From Phoronis australis (Eukaryota > Animalia > Phoronida): a stretch of 64,000 nucleotides of DNA. The translations under genes were made by a program, and so were the position numbers. The stretch lies in contig NMRA01000001.1 of NCBI GenBank assembly GCA_002633005.1, forward strand, positions 4,072,102 through 4,136,101. The letters are read 5' to 3'. How positions within the stretch are numbered: position 1 is the first letter of the stretch; each line of letters begins with the position of its first letter. The notes beneath the pieces were generated by a model. That model saw only the letters and a program-made list of their open reading frames with translations. It was not told the origin of the DNA and did no database searches. Shown piece after piece: positions 37,801-50,000 of the stretch.

Positions 37801-40800
37801 GAATGGAACAGGAAAGAGAAGCAAATCGTGTGGAAGAACACAAACATACACAACTATACTTTAGTTTTATGGCATGTGTCAGAAAATAGGACACATGACA
37901 AAGCTTCAAAAAGGGGGATGTTCCTGCCAAAAGCGGGACAGTTGGAAAGTATTGTGCACATCACACTAAGCACTGCACCCTGACCTGTGGTCAAACAAGG
38001 AGTGTAGTTACTATCAAACAGTGTTACTCGTATGCTGTTTGTTATATGGTGTGAATCTGTTATTGTCGTAATTGTTAAGTTAAATTCATTACTATATTTT
38101 TTTCTTTCTTCCAGTGTAAAAGATGGTGTGTTTAGGCAGTATGCAGGTTCCAGGGAGGAAAATGAGTTTATTAGTTTTGTTGATGATAAGAAGTGGCAAA
38201 GCGTGGAACCAGTTCCCTGGTGGAAGAATCCTTCATATCCGCAGTAAGCTTGCCTTGTTTGCACTGTTTGTTAATAGTAATGTTGTGAAAAACACAAAGT
38301 ATAATGCACCGCTGGATGCTTAGCTAAATGCATTTGGGGTTTCCAAAACTGAAAATCTCAGGTGCTTAAATCAAGTCCAAAGTTTCCTATCTGGCACAGT
38401 CAACCAAAAAAGAAACAGAAGAGGTTGAGCAGCCATGCATTCTCTTGTGCTTCTCTAATTTCCCCTGTAAATGTCTAAATCGTCTTCATTGTTGAACTCA
38501 ATTCTTCCCGCTGACAAGGACCAAACATACCGTACAAATGACTGCATTGGCTGATGGCGTGAATTTTGCCAATTTTGCCTGATTTTTCCCCGAATAATTC
38601 CGACTTCTGTCTGTTTACTTCATGTTCCAATTGAAATGTGGTGGCCAATGCACTGATTTAACGAAATAAATGTAACAACTGTGAATCAAATGTATTAAAT
38701 CTAGGAAAGGTGTTAGTAATTTAAAATTTGGAAGTCAACACGAACTTTGAAACGAATTTAGAGGGAATTATTATCTGACTTTGATACTTGCATGGTGACT
38801 TAGAATTTTTCCTGTAGGTCGCCAAATTGAGTGCTGATAACGGTACTTTGTCTAGTAATTTGTACACAACATGCAAATTGTATTTCCCGTTCACACAGTT
38901 AGGTGAAGTGAAAAGTTATAAACCATTATAGACCAAGTGCGGGTATTTGGAACACTGGAGAAAAATTCATCAAAGCTCATGCTGCACTAGGTCTGTGTTA
39001 TCACTGATAAAAAGTTATCAAGGCACCAAGAAAGAACCACTGAAATCTCCATATTACAAGCATTATAGCGTCAGGCTAGGGTGGTAGAGGGTCGCCATGA
39101 TTGCAAAATCTCTGTGCTTAAAGTGCAGAGGTTATGCAAGTGTTACAAACTGTGGACAGTGCCATGTAACGATACAGTGTAGCCACCAAACTGATGTTTT
39201 GGAAGCGTTTTGTTGTTGTAGCAAGAGCTCGTAAAATACAGTTGTGATTGTAACCTCAATTCCACTCGTCTAGGTACCTTGTGCACCAAATAAACATGGT
39301 ATCAGACCAGCCCATTCATAGTGTCACCTTCTTTTTCGCATCACGCCTGTTTCGTGCTCTTGAGAGGATTTATAAGAATTTTTCATGCAGTCCGTTTGTG
39401 CTGCTGTCCGCTCGATATCTTGAGAACCCGTGGTCAGATGATGATGAAATTTGGCTCAAGAATATGGGGCATCACTAGAAGGGTTCATGCAACTTTTCAA
39501 TATGCCCCACCCCCTGGGGGCGGGGGTGTGTGGCTTTTTCAGTATTTTATGGGGAAGAGCATTTCGTGACTTGACCCAGAGGTATACGATGCCAATGTGC
39601 TGGCACCATTTGATTTTGAAATGGATTCGACCTCTGCAGAACATCCTAGTGGCCATTTTGTTCTCGATATGGGACTTCTCAAGTGTTGTTAGGGGGAAGA
39701 GCATTTCCAGATGTTATATAGAGAACCGATTGACAGATTTGAGTGAAACTTAATACCTAGGTACATGATGACAGTGCACCCGCATCATTTGATCAAGTGG
39801 ATTTGACCTCTACAGAACTTTCTAGTGCTCATTTTGGGAAAGAGCATTGCCTGATGATATCTAGAGAACTGATTGATGGATTTCAATGAAACTTGACACA
39901 CAGGTTTATGACGTCAAATCGCCCCCACCATTTGATATTCAGGCAGATTTGACCACTGCAGCACCTCCTAGTGGCCATTTTGGGAAGAAGATTTCAGCAT
40001 GATATCTAAAGAACTTATTAACGGATTTCAATGAAACTTAACACTGAGGTATATGATCACAATGTGCTGGCACCATTTGATTTTCTGGCTTATTCACCCT
40101 TGCAGCGTCTGTTTTGGGGAAGAACGTTTCAGGATAATATCTGGAGATCCGATTGACGGATTAGAATGAAACTTGACACAGAGTTATGTGATGCATCATT
40201 AAATTGCCAGGCGGATTCAACTGCTGTAGCACCTCATAGTGGCCTTTTTCTGAACAAGTGTTTTTGATGTGATATATGAAGAACAGGTTGACGAAGCTTG
40301 ACACAGACATATGTGATGACAATGCATGATGACTGGTTTTTGGGGTGGGTTTGACCAGTGGAGCATCGTGAGATGGGGATTTTCTAGTGTTGTTTAGGGG
40401 AAGAGCATTTCCAGAATGTATCTGGAGGTCCAACAGATGTATTTTAATGAAATTTTACATGGATGCAAATGATGACCATTGGTTGATTTTGGGACAGATT
40501 TGACCACAGCAGCACCTAATGGCCATTTTGTTCTCGCCAAAGGGCTTTTCAAGTGTTGTTTGCAGAAGTGCATTACCAAATTTATTACTACATGTAGATT
40601 GTCTATTTATAGAGCACGTTGCTGGTGAGGTTTTGCATTAGTCTGAGGAGGTCTGTCTGTGATGTGATGTGATGTATATGACTTCTTAAATCATAATTTA
40701 AGGATGTTTAACTTTAGGTCTGTCCTATTGTGTCCTTTAAGCCTGAGAGTTTGGTTGATAAAAATCGAGACTTTCATTTTAACAACCAATAGACGTTTTC

Positions 40801-43800
40801 AGTTTTGATAGCGGAGCTCTCAGACTAAAGGAAAATCCCATGTATGCTTTCATAGATAAGAATTGCAATTTGCTTGTTTCATGCGGCGATATCCATGAAA
40901 AAATAAGATTTTTAGAAAAAAAAATACAGCCAAGTGATTTCAAACATATTGACATCGCTCTGTGGTCATCATGGATTTTAAAAATACTATTTTATGTATC
41001 TAGTAGTTATTTAAGAAATTCAATCCTTGGTGATGTTGAAGCATATTAACTTAAAAGTTGACTATCATGTTTTTGTGTGCGTTAATTCACAGGAATTCTT
41101 TGTAATATGTTTTTGTTTGCCTTCAGCATGGCAGTGGTGTCGTGGTTCTTCAAGTCAGCCATGGTTGTGAGGGTAAGTTGATAGATACACAAAATCAAGC
41201 CTTACTAAGGGGGGCACACACAGTAGATGGTGATTTTTATCAGTTTGTATTACTGGAAGGTGAATACTCTTTTAGTCAGAATAAAGTTGGTATGTTGAAG
41301 AGATAATGGAAATAGTTTTATGTCATTAGCTTTTGAAATTTTTCAAAATTCAGTTCTTGTCATAAAACCATGTAATTAACAAAATTTAGACTTCTGATGG
41401 CTTTTCTACGTATTGCTAATCACGCATAATTTCAAACTGGTTATCTATCTATAGATACTTTATACGTCCTCCTGACCAGCTGCTTCGAAGCACATATTTG
41501 TTAAATTTACAAATGCTGAAAAACAACACTTTGAATTTCACCTGATAATCGTGACCATTACTGGCTGGAAAAGTTGAACATTTTTATGTACACCACTCTG
41601 AAGGGTGGTAGATAATTTACCTGCACGTCTGGTGCCGAACAAAAGAGTTTGGGATTGCATAACAATGGATTAGATCGATATCTGGGTTCAGCCTCCATTT
41701 AGAAACCTTTTGTTGTCATTAACTGAAACCTGACAGGTTTTGTAATGTGTGCATTTGTTATTGCCATTATCAGTAAATGTGAAAGATGGTATGGCCAGTT
41801 ATTATAAATTTAGAAATTGATATGAAAACAACTTTCATGTCACTTGTTATTCCCCAAGACTGATCTAACAAAAATTATCTTTGTTGATGGTCCAGTGTCT
41901 GATCTTTGTACCTGAAGTTGAACTGAAATTATTTTTGACATTTTCAGTTTCTCTGTCAGAATGTCTTTTATTCTGTGCTTGAATATGTTGTGGTTTACGC
42001 TGATGAATGTCTAGTTCAAGTTTGCACTGGCTGACGCCTGGATTAAAGCTACAAACTTGATTATAAAAATCAGGATATCGAGTAAAAACTCAAAATTTCG
42101 AGTTCAGACTCACATTACTGCTGGGGTCGTCAAGTGTAAGCCAGGATTATACTGTCATCCAATTAAACTGTTATGGAGAACATAATAATATAATAGACAC
42201 TAATCTTGAGTTTGCACAAAAGCAGTACAGAAAAATGTAATTTTGAGGACAAAGATTAGACCCGGGCCCAAGAACTATTTGTTCCAGAGCCCAACTGCAG
42301 TTCCGAGTAATTTTGGGTACCTGTTGCAGACAGTTAAGTTAAGCGTGTTTACTTTTCAGTCAACTTTTAATCTAATAACAGAAGATTACGGGTATCCTGC
42401 ATGGGTGGCGTACGTGGTCTTCGCACTTTCTACAGTGGTTGCTGGGCTTTTACTGGGTCTTGTGAGTATCTTAAGTATTTGGTCTTACCACATTTACATA
42501 GGTTGTTGAGAAATTGTTACGTATACTGGCAACATCTGTTGCAAGTGAACATGTGTTATGTGTACAGTGCACCAAAGTTATTGCGTCAGCTCAAAGAGCC
42601 TGCTTTGCAGCAGACGATGTTGACATGTTGATTTTGTCTTTCAGAAAACATAGACTTTGTGCAGTAGGCACCATTAAGTTATGTAGGTAATTATTGTCTT
42701 GTCTGTGTATGTTGCCAAATGTATGCAAAACTACAGTAAAACTGGAACATTTTCTGAATGTGGAAGCCGTTAGAATTCCATGTTTAACTTTACGCCACGT
42801 TGCTCTTAAACTGGGTCCCGTGACCATATCTTCCTAAAAACTAGTAAAAAAGAAAGGTACATTCAATCATACATTCAATGGTGTCAAATTTCGTTTGATA
42901 TAATATTCAAGATGAAGTCCCAAAACGCTAGTTTTTAATTCCTTTTTTGTCTTATGCAACTTATGAATTTTTCATAAAATTCAAACTTTTTCACAGTCTG
43001 TAGTGGAAAATTGTAACATTTTTAAACAATCCCTTACAGTGTTTAAAGAAAATTGAGTAAAGCATGGTTGCATTATCTGAAAGTTTCACACAAATCCAAT
43101 CGGCCATTTCTGAGATCGATGTTCCAAAGTTTGCCAAATTTGGTAATTCTTCAAGGGTCCTGTGTTACCTTATGTTACTTTAGTCACCATGGCCATTTGT
43201 TGTTTCATTTGTAGTAGTGCTCTTCCCCAAAGACCAAAAAATGGGAGTGAAACAGCATTCCTTAATTTCAAGAAGAATTTCTTATAACTTTATGAACGTA
43301 CTTGGAATTATGTAACTTTTGTTTGTAGTGCTTCGTATGCTGTTGCGATTTCCTCTGTCCACCACGTTATAGGGAACAGCCACTACCTGAGAAAGAAACA
43401 TTGTCTAAGGAAAGAGGCAGCGATGAAGAAGAGGTTAGCCGACGATTTAGCAATTCAGCTTATTTTTTGCTTAGTGCGAAATGCATCTTCTGTTACATAG
43501 CACTTTGAGACTTGGCTGGCACATTTATATCAGTACCATATATGCTGTATTTAGGCTCATGCACGTCAGAAATAATGCATCATTTTTCTAAGATAAACGT
43601 TTACTCACAAATGTTTCGCAAAAAGGTGCGTGTGCTAACGTTTTGCTAATAGGCGGAGCTGAGTGTCCTAACACTATGTCTTCCAGAGGCTGCTTAAAGC
43701 ATACTAATGTGTTCTACCTCTGGTGGAAGTGTTTGATATAATGCCCCGCCTTGCTCTTATCTAGGAAGGTGAACAACTGGAGGATCATCCGGTGACAGAG

Positions 43801-43863
43801 GCGGGGAATGGTGACGGTGATGCTTCAGCCAGTGCTCGACGACGCAAGATAAGGAAGGATTGA
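31739..43863 (+). CDS. TMX1: Thioredoxin-related transmembrane protein 1-like (TMX1/TMX4 family), 265 aa, 7 exons: 31739-31893, 37315-37476, 38115-38243, 41127-41172, 42360-42461, 43329-43433, 43765-43863
   Basis: The spliced ORF of 798 nt has a signal peptide, GEWMVEFYAPWCPAC thioredoxin site, VAKVDVTENPGLSGRFLIFALPTIYH, a TM helix, juxtamembrane CCCDFLC, an acidic tail and C-terminal RRRKIRKD*. All introns are GT-AG and phase-consistent. Confidence 0.95.
32671..32826. mobile_element. hAT-like MITE (CAGTGCTG...CAGCACTG) with an 8-bp TSD
   Basis: TIR cagtgctgtag / ctgcagcactg; flanks ccattaag and ccattaaa (7 of 8 identical). Confidence 0.75.
33690..35260 (-). pseudogene. Decayed DNA-transposon transposase C-terminal region (tentatively Sola3-like) in TMX1 intron 1
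   Basis: Collinear minus-strand fragments HQLNNFSFEG, VVAWKAYGIGDG, FLCTKDGCNNTF..L....GWH (C2H2-like) and MGWALKS*...KMFLSDAFNEGMKTGQKA, with stops and frameshifts. Confidence 0.65.
36070..36107. repeat. (TA)n/(TATATG)n microsatellite
   Basis: gatatatatatatgtatatgtatatgtatatatatac. Confidence 0.85.
37315..37476 (+). CDS. TMX1: TMX1 exon 2 (YAPWCPAC active site)
   Basis: cctcag/gtgagt boundaries; CPAC motif. Confidence 0.96.
38115..38243 (+). CDS. TMX1: TMX1 exon 3 (VKDGVFRQY...KKWQSVEPVPWWKNP)
   Basis: ttccag/gtaagc boundaries; conserved TMX1-like sequence. Confidence 0.95.
39410..40560. repeat. Tandem array of about 120-150-bp units, about 7 copies (gggaagagcatttc...gagaaccgattgacggatttcaatgaaacttgacac...ccatttgatt...gatttgacc...cctagtggccattttg); probably the core of a pearl/HINE-type element
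   Basis: Repeated motifs visible directly; ctagtggccatttt is the reverse complement of the aaaatggccactag core in other copies. Confidence 0.8.
41127..41172 (+). CDS. TMX1: TMX1 exon 4 (MAVVSWFFKSAMVVR)
   Basis: ttcag/gtaagt boundaries; phase 2 to 0. Confidence 0.9.
42360..42461 (+). CDS. TMX1: TMX1 exon 5 (transmembrane helix)
   Basis: tttcag/gtgagt boundaries; GYPAWVAYVVFALSTVVAGLLLGL. Confidence 0.93.
42850..43172. mobile_element. Interspersed repeat (MITE-like); inverted relative at about 1-270 and a further relative at about 45690-46050
   Basis: 43070-43118 (tctgaaagtttcacacaaatccaatcggccatttctgagat) is a near reverse complement of 1-45, and similarity continues along the arm. Confidence 0.65.
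43329..43433 (+). CDS. TMX1: TMX1 exon 6 (CFVCCCDFLCPPRY...SDEEE)
   Basis: ttgtag/gttag boundaries; juxtamembrane Cys cluster and acidic stretch. Confidence 0.88.
43765..43863 (+). CDS. TMX1: TMX1 exon 7 (terminal, ...ARRRKIRKD*)
   Basis: atctag acceptor, in-frame TGA stop, basic ER-retention-like tail. Confidence 0.85.
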   Translation, partial: EGEQLEDHPVTEAGNGDGDASASARRRKIRKD

Positions 43864-46732
43864 TCTCGTGCTTTGAAGTTGTCTGATAGGATGGAGTGTG
43901 TAAAACAAACACCATTGCTCTTCTGGGTGCAATTGTATAAGTATTAGGCTAACAGTCCTGTAAAAAGTGTTTAAAATCAATGGGAGATTGGGTATGCACG
44001 GTTCAGGGGCACAACTATCTCTGTAATTTCAGTTTTGACGTGTATGTATTTCAGTGGCAAGTCTTGTTGTTTTTGATTGTGTATTTTTCAGAAGAAATCA
44101 TTCTATTTCTAAAATGAGACTTCTTCATTGACTTAAATCACTTCTAGTTTTCCATGATTGAATTATTACCTGAGGGGAGCGCATAAATGATATCTTGACA
44201 TGTTAAAGTACCTCAAACTTATTTTATTGCAGTTTGAAGTTTCAGATTTGGAGGCCAATAGTGACACAATCTCATTTTAGGAGTCTAGTACATTACATGG
44301 GACGTCGTTTACTTGCTAGTCTGATCTGTTAGGGTTGAAGCTGTAGTGTTTAGTGAACAGTTTAAATTGCCACACAGCTTATTAAATAAGCCAAAATCAT
44401 GAACTTCAAACTGCAGCAACAAATCTTCCAGTTGAAGCAAAGAAAGAACTCCATCTGTCCAAGGTGTTACGATGAGTAATTAGTCATAAACAAGACAGTG
44501 TCACAGTTGTGAACTTCCGTATCTCAAGTGAATGTTTTCGACTACCCAGTGAGTACTGCGGTCTTTTTCTAGTGTGTCAAACACTAAGTCCAATGGTGAC
44601 TAGTGTACTCTGTAGTTGTTTTGCTTCTGAGCACGGTAGTGTTTTTAAACACTAAAATATTGGAAAGACCTGGTACTGACCACATTATCTGTATGTTTCT
44701 TCATATAAACTGTAGTCCATTAACCGACCCTTACACACGGTTGCAAGTCCGTACATTCTAACTGTACAATTAAATTGTACATATCATGCTTGAATTGCCC
44801 ATCAAATATTGAATAGAGTCTCGTGAAAACTTTCATGTGCTGGAAATAATAGGGTAAATATAACTGCACAGAAATCGAGCCTTTCGAAAGAACTTATTCA
44901 CTCCAAGATTTAACTTTTTGCTATTCGCTTTTCACTCCACCATTTTCATTTTTTACGTACCCTTGTTTTCCTCAACAAAAGCATTCACTTACTAGCTTAT
45001 TGCCTGGCATTTGAGTCACTTCATGATGTCATTATGTCATTGTTACAGAAAGGTAAAAAGAGGCGAAATATATTTGGTAAAACTGTTTACTGTTCCCTAA
45101 ATATGTCGAGAGAATTCAAGTTGGTCAGTATTAGCATAATCAGCAAATATTTCTCTCCCCTTCTTTTGACTTTATGTCCATTTCACAAATTTGTGAAAAA
45201 CGTTTCGATGGCCCTTCTGGTGCTTCAAACCTGATTATTGGCTTATAGTAATATACTCAGATACTCTTATCCAATTGGAAAGCTTGTTGCTTTCATTGTC
45301 AGTGAAAGATTGCATTGTCCCTGACAGTCACATCATCTGTGATGGCTTATGGTGTACAGAGTGTATGAAGAGAAGAATCTAGATTATTTTGATTTTCAGT
45401 GTGACGTGTACTGAGCTTGATCCCTCTTTAATTACTTTGCTCAGAATTAAAACGACTACAGAGGGCGTTTATCACCCTCGTGACATCACATGTGATGTTA
45501 GGCACTAGTTTCACGTCAGTTTGTTTCACAAAGACCACTGGCAGTACTGGGAGTTTGAAGACTTTCACAAAGTGTAAGCTGATGGCTGAACCCACGAACG
45601 CCTTCTCATTTATGGTCATTTGCTAGTCCCATGAAACTGTTGAGTGATGCTAATAACAACACTAACTTGGGTATTTCAATTCTTCAAAAAGATCAAAAAG
45701 TTAAGTTCCATTCCAAAATGTGAATCAAAAGCCTGGTTTTCAAAGATGATACTGCATAGGGCTTTTAAAGCCTTCCAGTCAAAGTTATGGAGGACCACAG
45801 AATATCAAAATTTGGCTAACTTCAGACCCTCATATCTCCAGATATTAAATGTTCAGGTGCCATGTTTTATGCCCTGTACTTCAAAATGTTGTACTTTTGT
45901 AAAAGAGTAAAGGGGGCTATCAAGGATGGGACTTGTATGATTTTCTCTGAAAATGTCAAAATTTGTATAAATGAGAACCAAATAATCTATGAAAACTGTA
46001 GCAATGATTTTGAGATGTCATCTTCAACATTTGTATGAAATGAAATTTGGGTATACGCGAACAGGCGCGCTCACGCAACGCACATACATACAGGAGAATA
46101 CATTTACATCAGTATAGTTAGGTAGCAGCCCTTCACACAAACTTGGTTGGAGGCACGACTGTATTTTTTCTTAGACTTCTTGATATATACTCGCCCCTAT
46201 TCTCAATACAATTTCCTTTCTTCAGGCGTGCAGTTATGAAGCAAATCAGGAAGGAGACTTAAGGGACAAACAAGTTGAAATGGTTAATAAATTTGGAGAC
46301 CACATGTCTCCTCCTCGGGCAATAGGCAAAATGAAAGTGGTGGAAGCGAAATAAAAGGTGGCAGCTAGTAAAAGAGCATACAATGAGCAGATAGTGAATG
46401 TAATGTCGATTTTGGTAGGTGCATAAAAGCACATAAATCAGAAACCAATGAACCCTCTAGCAACTAATCAGGCAGAAGAAAATAACGATGACATGCTCGA
46501 CCGCGGTTACACGGCAACTTGCAAAAGGCACACACCGCCAGTGGCGGATTTAAGGTGAGGGGGGCCTGCCCCAAAAAATTCCACCAGATTCCATTTGGCA
46601 GCTCGAGGGTGCGAATGTCTGACGGGCAAAATCTTGGGTAATACTCTGCCTTGGCTCCCGCCCCCTAACTCAAATTACTCTGGATCTATCCCTTACTGCC
46701 GCCCGCATTTCGAGTCAACTGCAGAACGTTAA

Positions 46733-47049
46733 AAGTGCATTTCACCTTGTTTATCTGGCTGAAAAACTGAAATCGAATCGGCTTTTTGCTCTCCTCAAAT
46801 CGGTGTAACAATATCGTTTACCATGATGGGATTCTACATTTTGTATTTTCCGGTTACCAACAAGAACGTCGAAGCGTGCATCAGCGACTGCGATTTCGAA
46901 AATGGGTAATATGCTAGTGAAACTGATTTGGTAACAGAAAAGGAGTATTATCACGGTAAAAAAATATTTGGAGATAGATTTTATGATATCAAAAGCCCTA
47001 GTTCGAATTTCGCTTTTTGCCAGCTAGTGACGGCTACTGAAATGCACCT
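46733..47049. mobile_element. Kolobok-like MITE
   Basis: TIR aagtgcatttca / tgaaatgcacct with TTAA and TCAA flanks. Confidence 0.55.
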
Positions 47050-50000
47050 TCAAGATTGCATCCAAATAAAAACCTCAAGGAAATAAAAAGTCACCCCATA
47101 CTTCAAAATAAGGTTAAATTTTGTGAGTATGACCCGCAGTACGTGCCCGCGCTATTTGCTTTCTGTGACTGGTTTAAAAGTTGGCCACACATTTGGCCAG
47201 AAACTTGTCAAATTTGGGGTTTTTCGTGTCTGTTGATTTCTATTTTTTTTTTCGGGAAAAGTTATAATTGAAAACTGGACTGATACGGGTCCATGTTAGC
47301 AGGAAGACTGATGTTAGCCTGATATCAGACTTACCAGGTGAATAAATTATAGTTTGCAGCTAAATATATACGACTAAAATTTCTAAGAGGAGATCTCCCA
47401 CTTTTCACCAGGGCTAAACGTGGGAACGCCAGGTATATCCAGAGGTATTTTGGACTTGGAATTTTCTGAGTTGGCACTTATTATTCGAGTGGACTTTGAA
47501 AAAAATCTTGTGTATCTCAAACATTTAGTGCTAATCATGATTTGACCAACCTTCCAACTTGCAACTGAGTTGATCATTAGGAATCCGGGTCGTTCAGTGG
47601 TATCTTGTAGTTGGACAATACTCCTTTCTATAAACCGCGGGGGAAAACCTGCAGTGTCGCTGTCCGTTCTTTATATCACCAAAGTTTATCAGAGCTCCTA
47701 TTGTGTTGTATGGGCCAATAATCGCGTTAGTGATGTCTACGCGGCAAGAAATTCTGGTTGAAATAAATTGAAATGTCAAGGACAGAAACTGGTATTCTTT
47801 AATGTGTTTGGCTTTAGAAATTGAATTCCTCGTGAAAAGTTAGTGTAGGATCCTTCTTTCGCGGAAGAAATGCGATAAAAATTGTCCAAAAACGCAGCTA
47901 TGAAGTTTTATTTGTTTACGAGTTTCGAGTCGATGCGTATATTCATTCAGCGTGGAAGATATAGTTGGCGTTTACGTCGTGACATCAGTCAAAACATTGA
48001 GCCTGGCGATTGATATCAGGCCTCTGAAAATTGATGTCGTCAGGAATATGGGCTAATTCGAATTCGTTGTAATGTGAGGCTATTTTTAATTAGGCGGATT
48101 TTGTTGTTTTTTTTTGTTCAAATATCACCAGAAAGTAATATGGAAACTTTTGAGTCTGAAGTTTATTTATGAAACAACTTTGTGAAATGCATTTCCGTTT
48201 ACATAATCCAATAGCAAGGTTTGAAATTCTGACACTCACTTTCTGTCATAGCCTAACTATGGACGGTGGTTCTTTTTAAGAACAACGGTCGCACATTTAA
48301 GAAAATGTGACAGCGGAGGAAGTATACCCTTTTTACGTGTAAAAGACGACCACGTGTCGTCCAATCAGAAGGCAGGTGGGACGTCTGATCATCCCTCTGA
48401 AGTTAATTCATACGTGATCATCGGTCAGGTGTCGTGTCTGCCGACTGGTATTCCGGGCCCCAAATTAGACGCCGGGCAGATACGCGTTGTCCATGACTGT
48501 GTTCTGCCGTTATGCTCTCATGGTGATCTCGCGTGATTGACCAAGTTATTAGCATTTTGTACATCAATGTTATTGCGCGAGTTAGTCGTAAAACTGCAGA
48601 TAAGATACCAATATGACTTCTGATAAAAATCCACATCTCTGTGAACACGGTAGTCTGAATTTCAGTGTAAGGTCCTACTGCAAGTGCATGACAATTTACA
48701 GCTTCGTTATCTGGTAATTCACTAGTATTGGCCTCGTGTTCTTTGATTGGCCCTTGAGGAATTCATTATGAAAATCTGCTGACCGATTTCAGTGAATGGT
48801 ACTGTATTTCACCCAGTTGCCTTTTGAGATTTTCTTGGTACACATTTTCATGAAAGGGAATTTTGTTTACTTTTAATATGATTGATGTCTATCGATTGAC
48901 AGCGCAAGGCCCCTACGGTAAACAGTCTTCCTCGGTTCCTCGTGGCCGACATTGGCGTTCTCATTTATGATTAACCCCATTCTAGTTAATTAGAAAAAGG
49001 CACTTTTAATTAGTGACGCCTGCGTAGATTGGATTATACTTGCACCTTTTAGGCCTTTGCGCCTGCACCTTAACCTGTCCCTATGTCTGCCTATAAGTTG
49101 AACATTTGACTAATTTGCTAAAGGGCAACAAGTATATCGTGTAAATGTTGTGTTACAGTTCATGTAAATATTGACATGTTTTTAAACTACATGCAGATTA
49201 ACTGAAATGTTCTAAGAACGGATGTGACACGAAAACAATACAGAGGCCTGCCCTACATGCCATGCACCTGTGCAAGGAACGCACAGCTACACATGTACGT
49301 GTCCGTGTTGTAAAAGATTATGTGCATGCGCAGTGAACATTAGAAACAGTTGAACAAAAATTTTAATAAAGCGCATTCAAACACAGGCGCATAGTCCTAG
49401 CTGCGGGCTTGTACGTAGTTTTTAACGAGTGATTACTACTGGATTTTGGAGAGTTGTCTGCTATGAATATAGAAGAATATCTTGAGGAACTTCAGTTTCA
49501 CAAGCTCTTGATTTTTTCAGACGAACTGCAGCCATTCAGTGATATGGTGTAGGAAATTACATGTAACATGGTTGAAACATCCAGAACAAAAAAAAAAAAA
49601 CAAAAAAACAGCATGCAGTCCCGTGAATACAGTATTTGGAAACAAATCTGTCAATAAAACACAAAATATTATTCGGTTCTCAACAATCAGGGATTCAAAT
49701 CAACATGCCCGTACCCAGCATTTGATTTGGAGTCGCGGGGTGGGGGGAGGCGAAGCTGAAGGAAGCTACTACCCTCGTCATATAAAAAACCATCATACTT
49801 CACGCTAAGTTAGGAGGCGTTTTTATTATGCAATGGCCAAAACGAACATTCATTGAAAATGAACAAAAAAAGAAAAAACAACCAATGTAGCTGTGTTTAA
49901 GGTAGTTTCTTGGCTTTTTGACGCTCATTTTAGTGCTGCCTTCACATGCACAATTTTTTTACGCGGAGTCCTTACGTATCACCAAGTCAGTCGTAACCAA

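Noticed and set aside
43861-44800. TGA read-through or selenocysteine recoding in the thioredoxin-family gene
   Set aside because: The active site is CPAC with ordinary Cys codons, the TGA follows a typical basic C-terminal tail, and no SECIS was recognised by eye.
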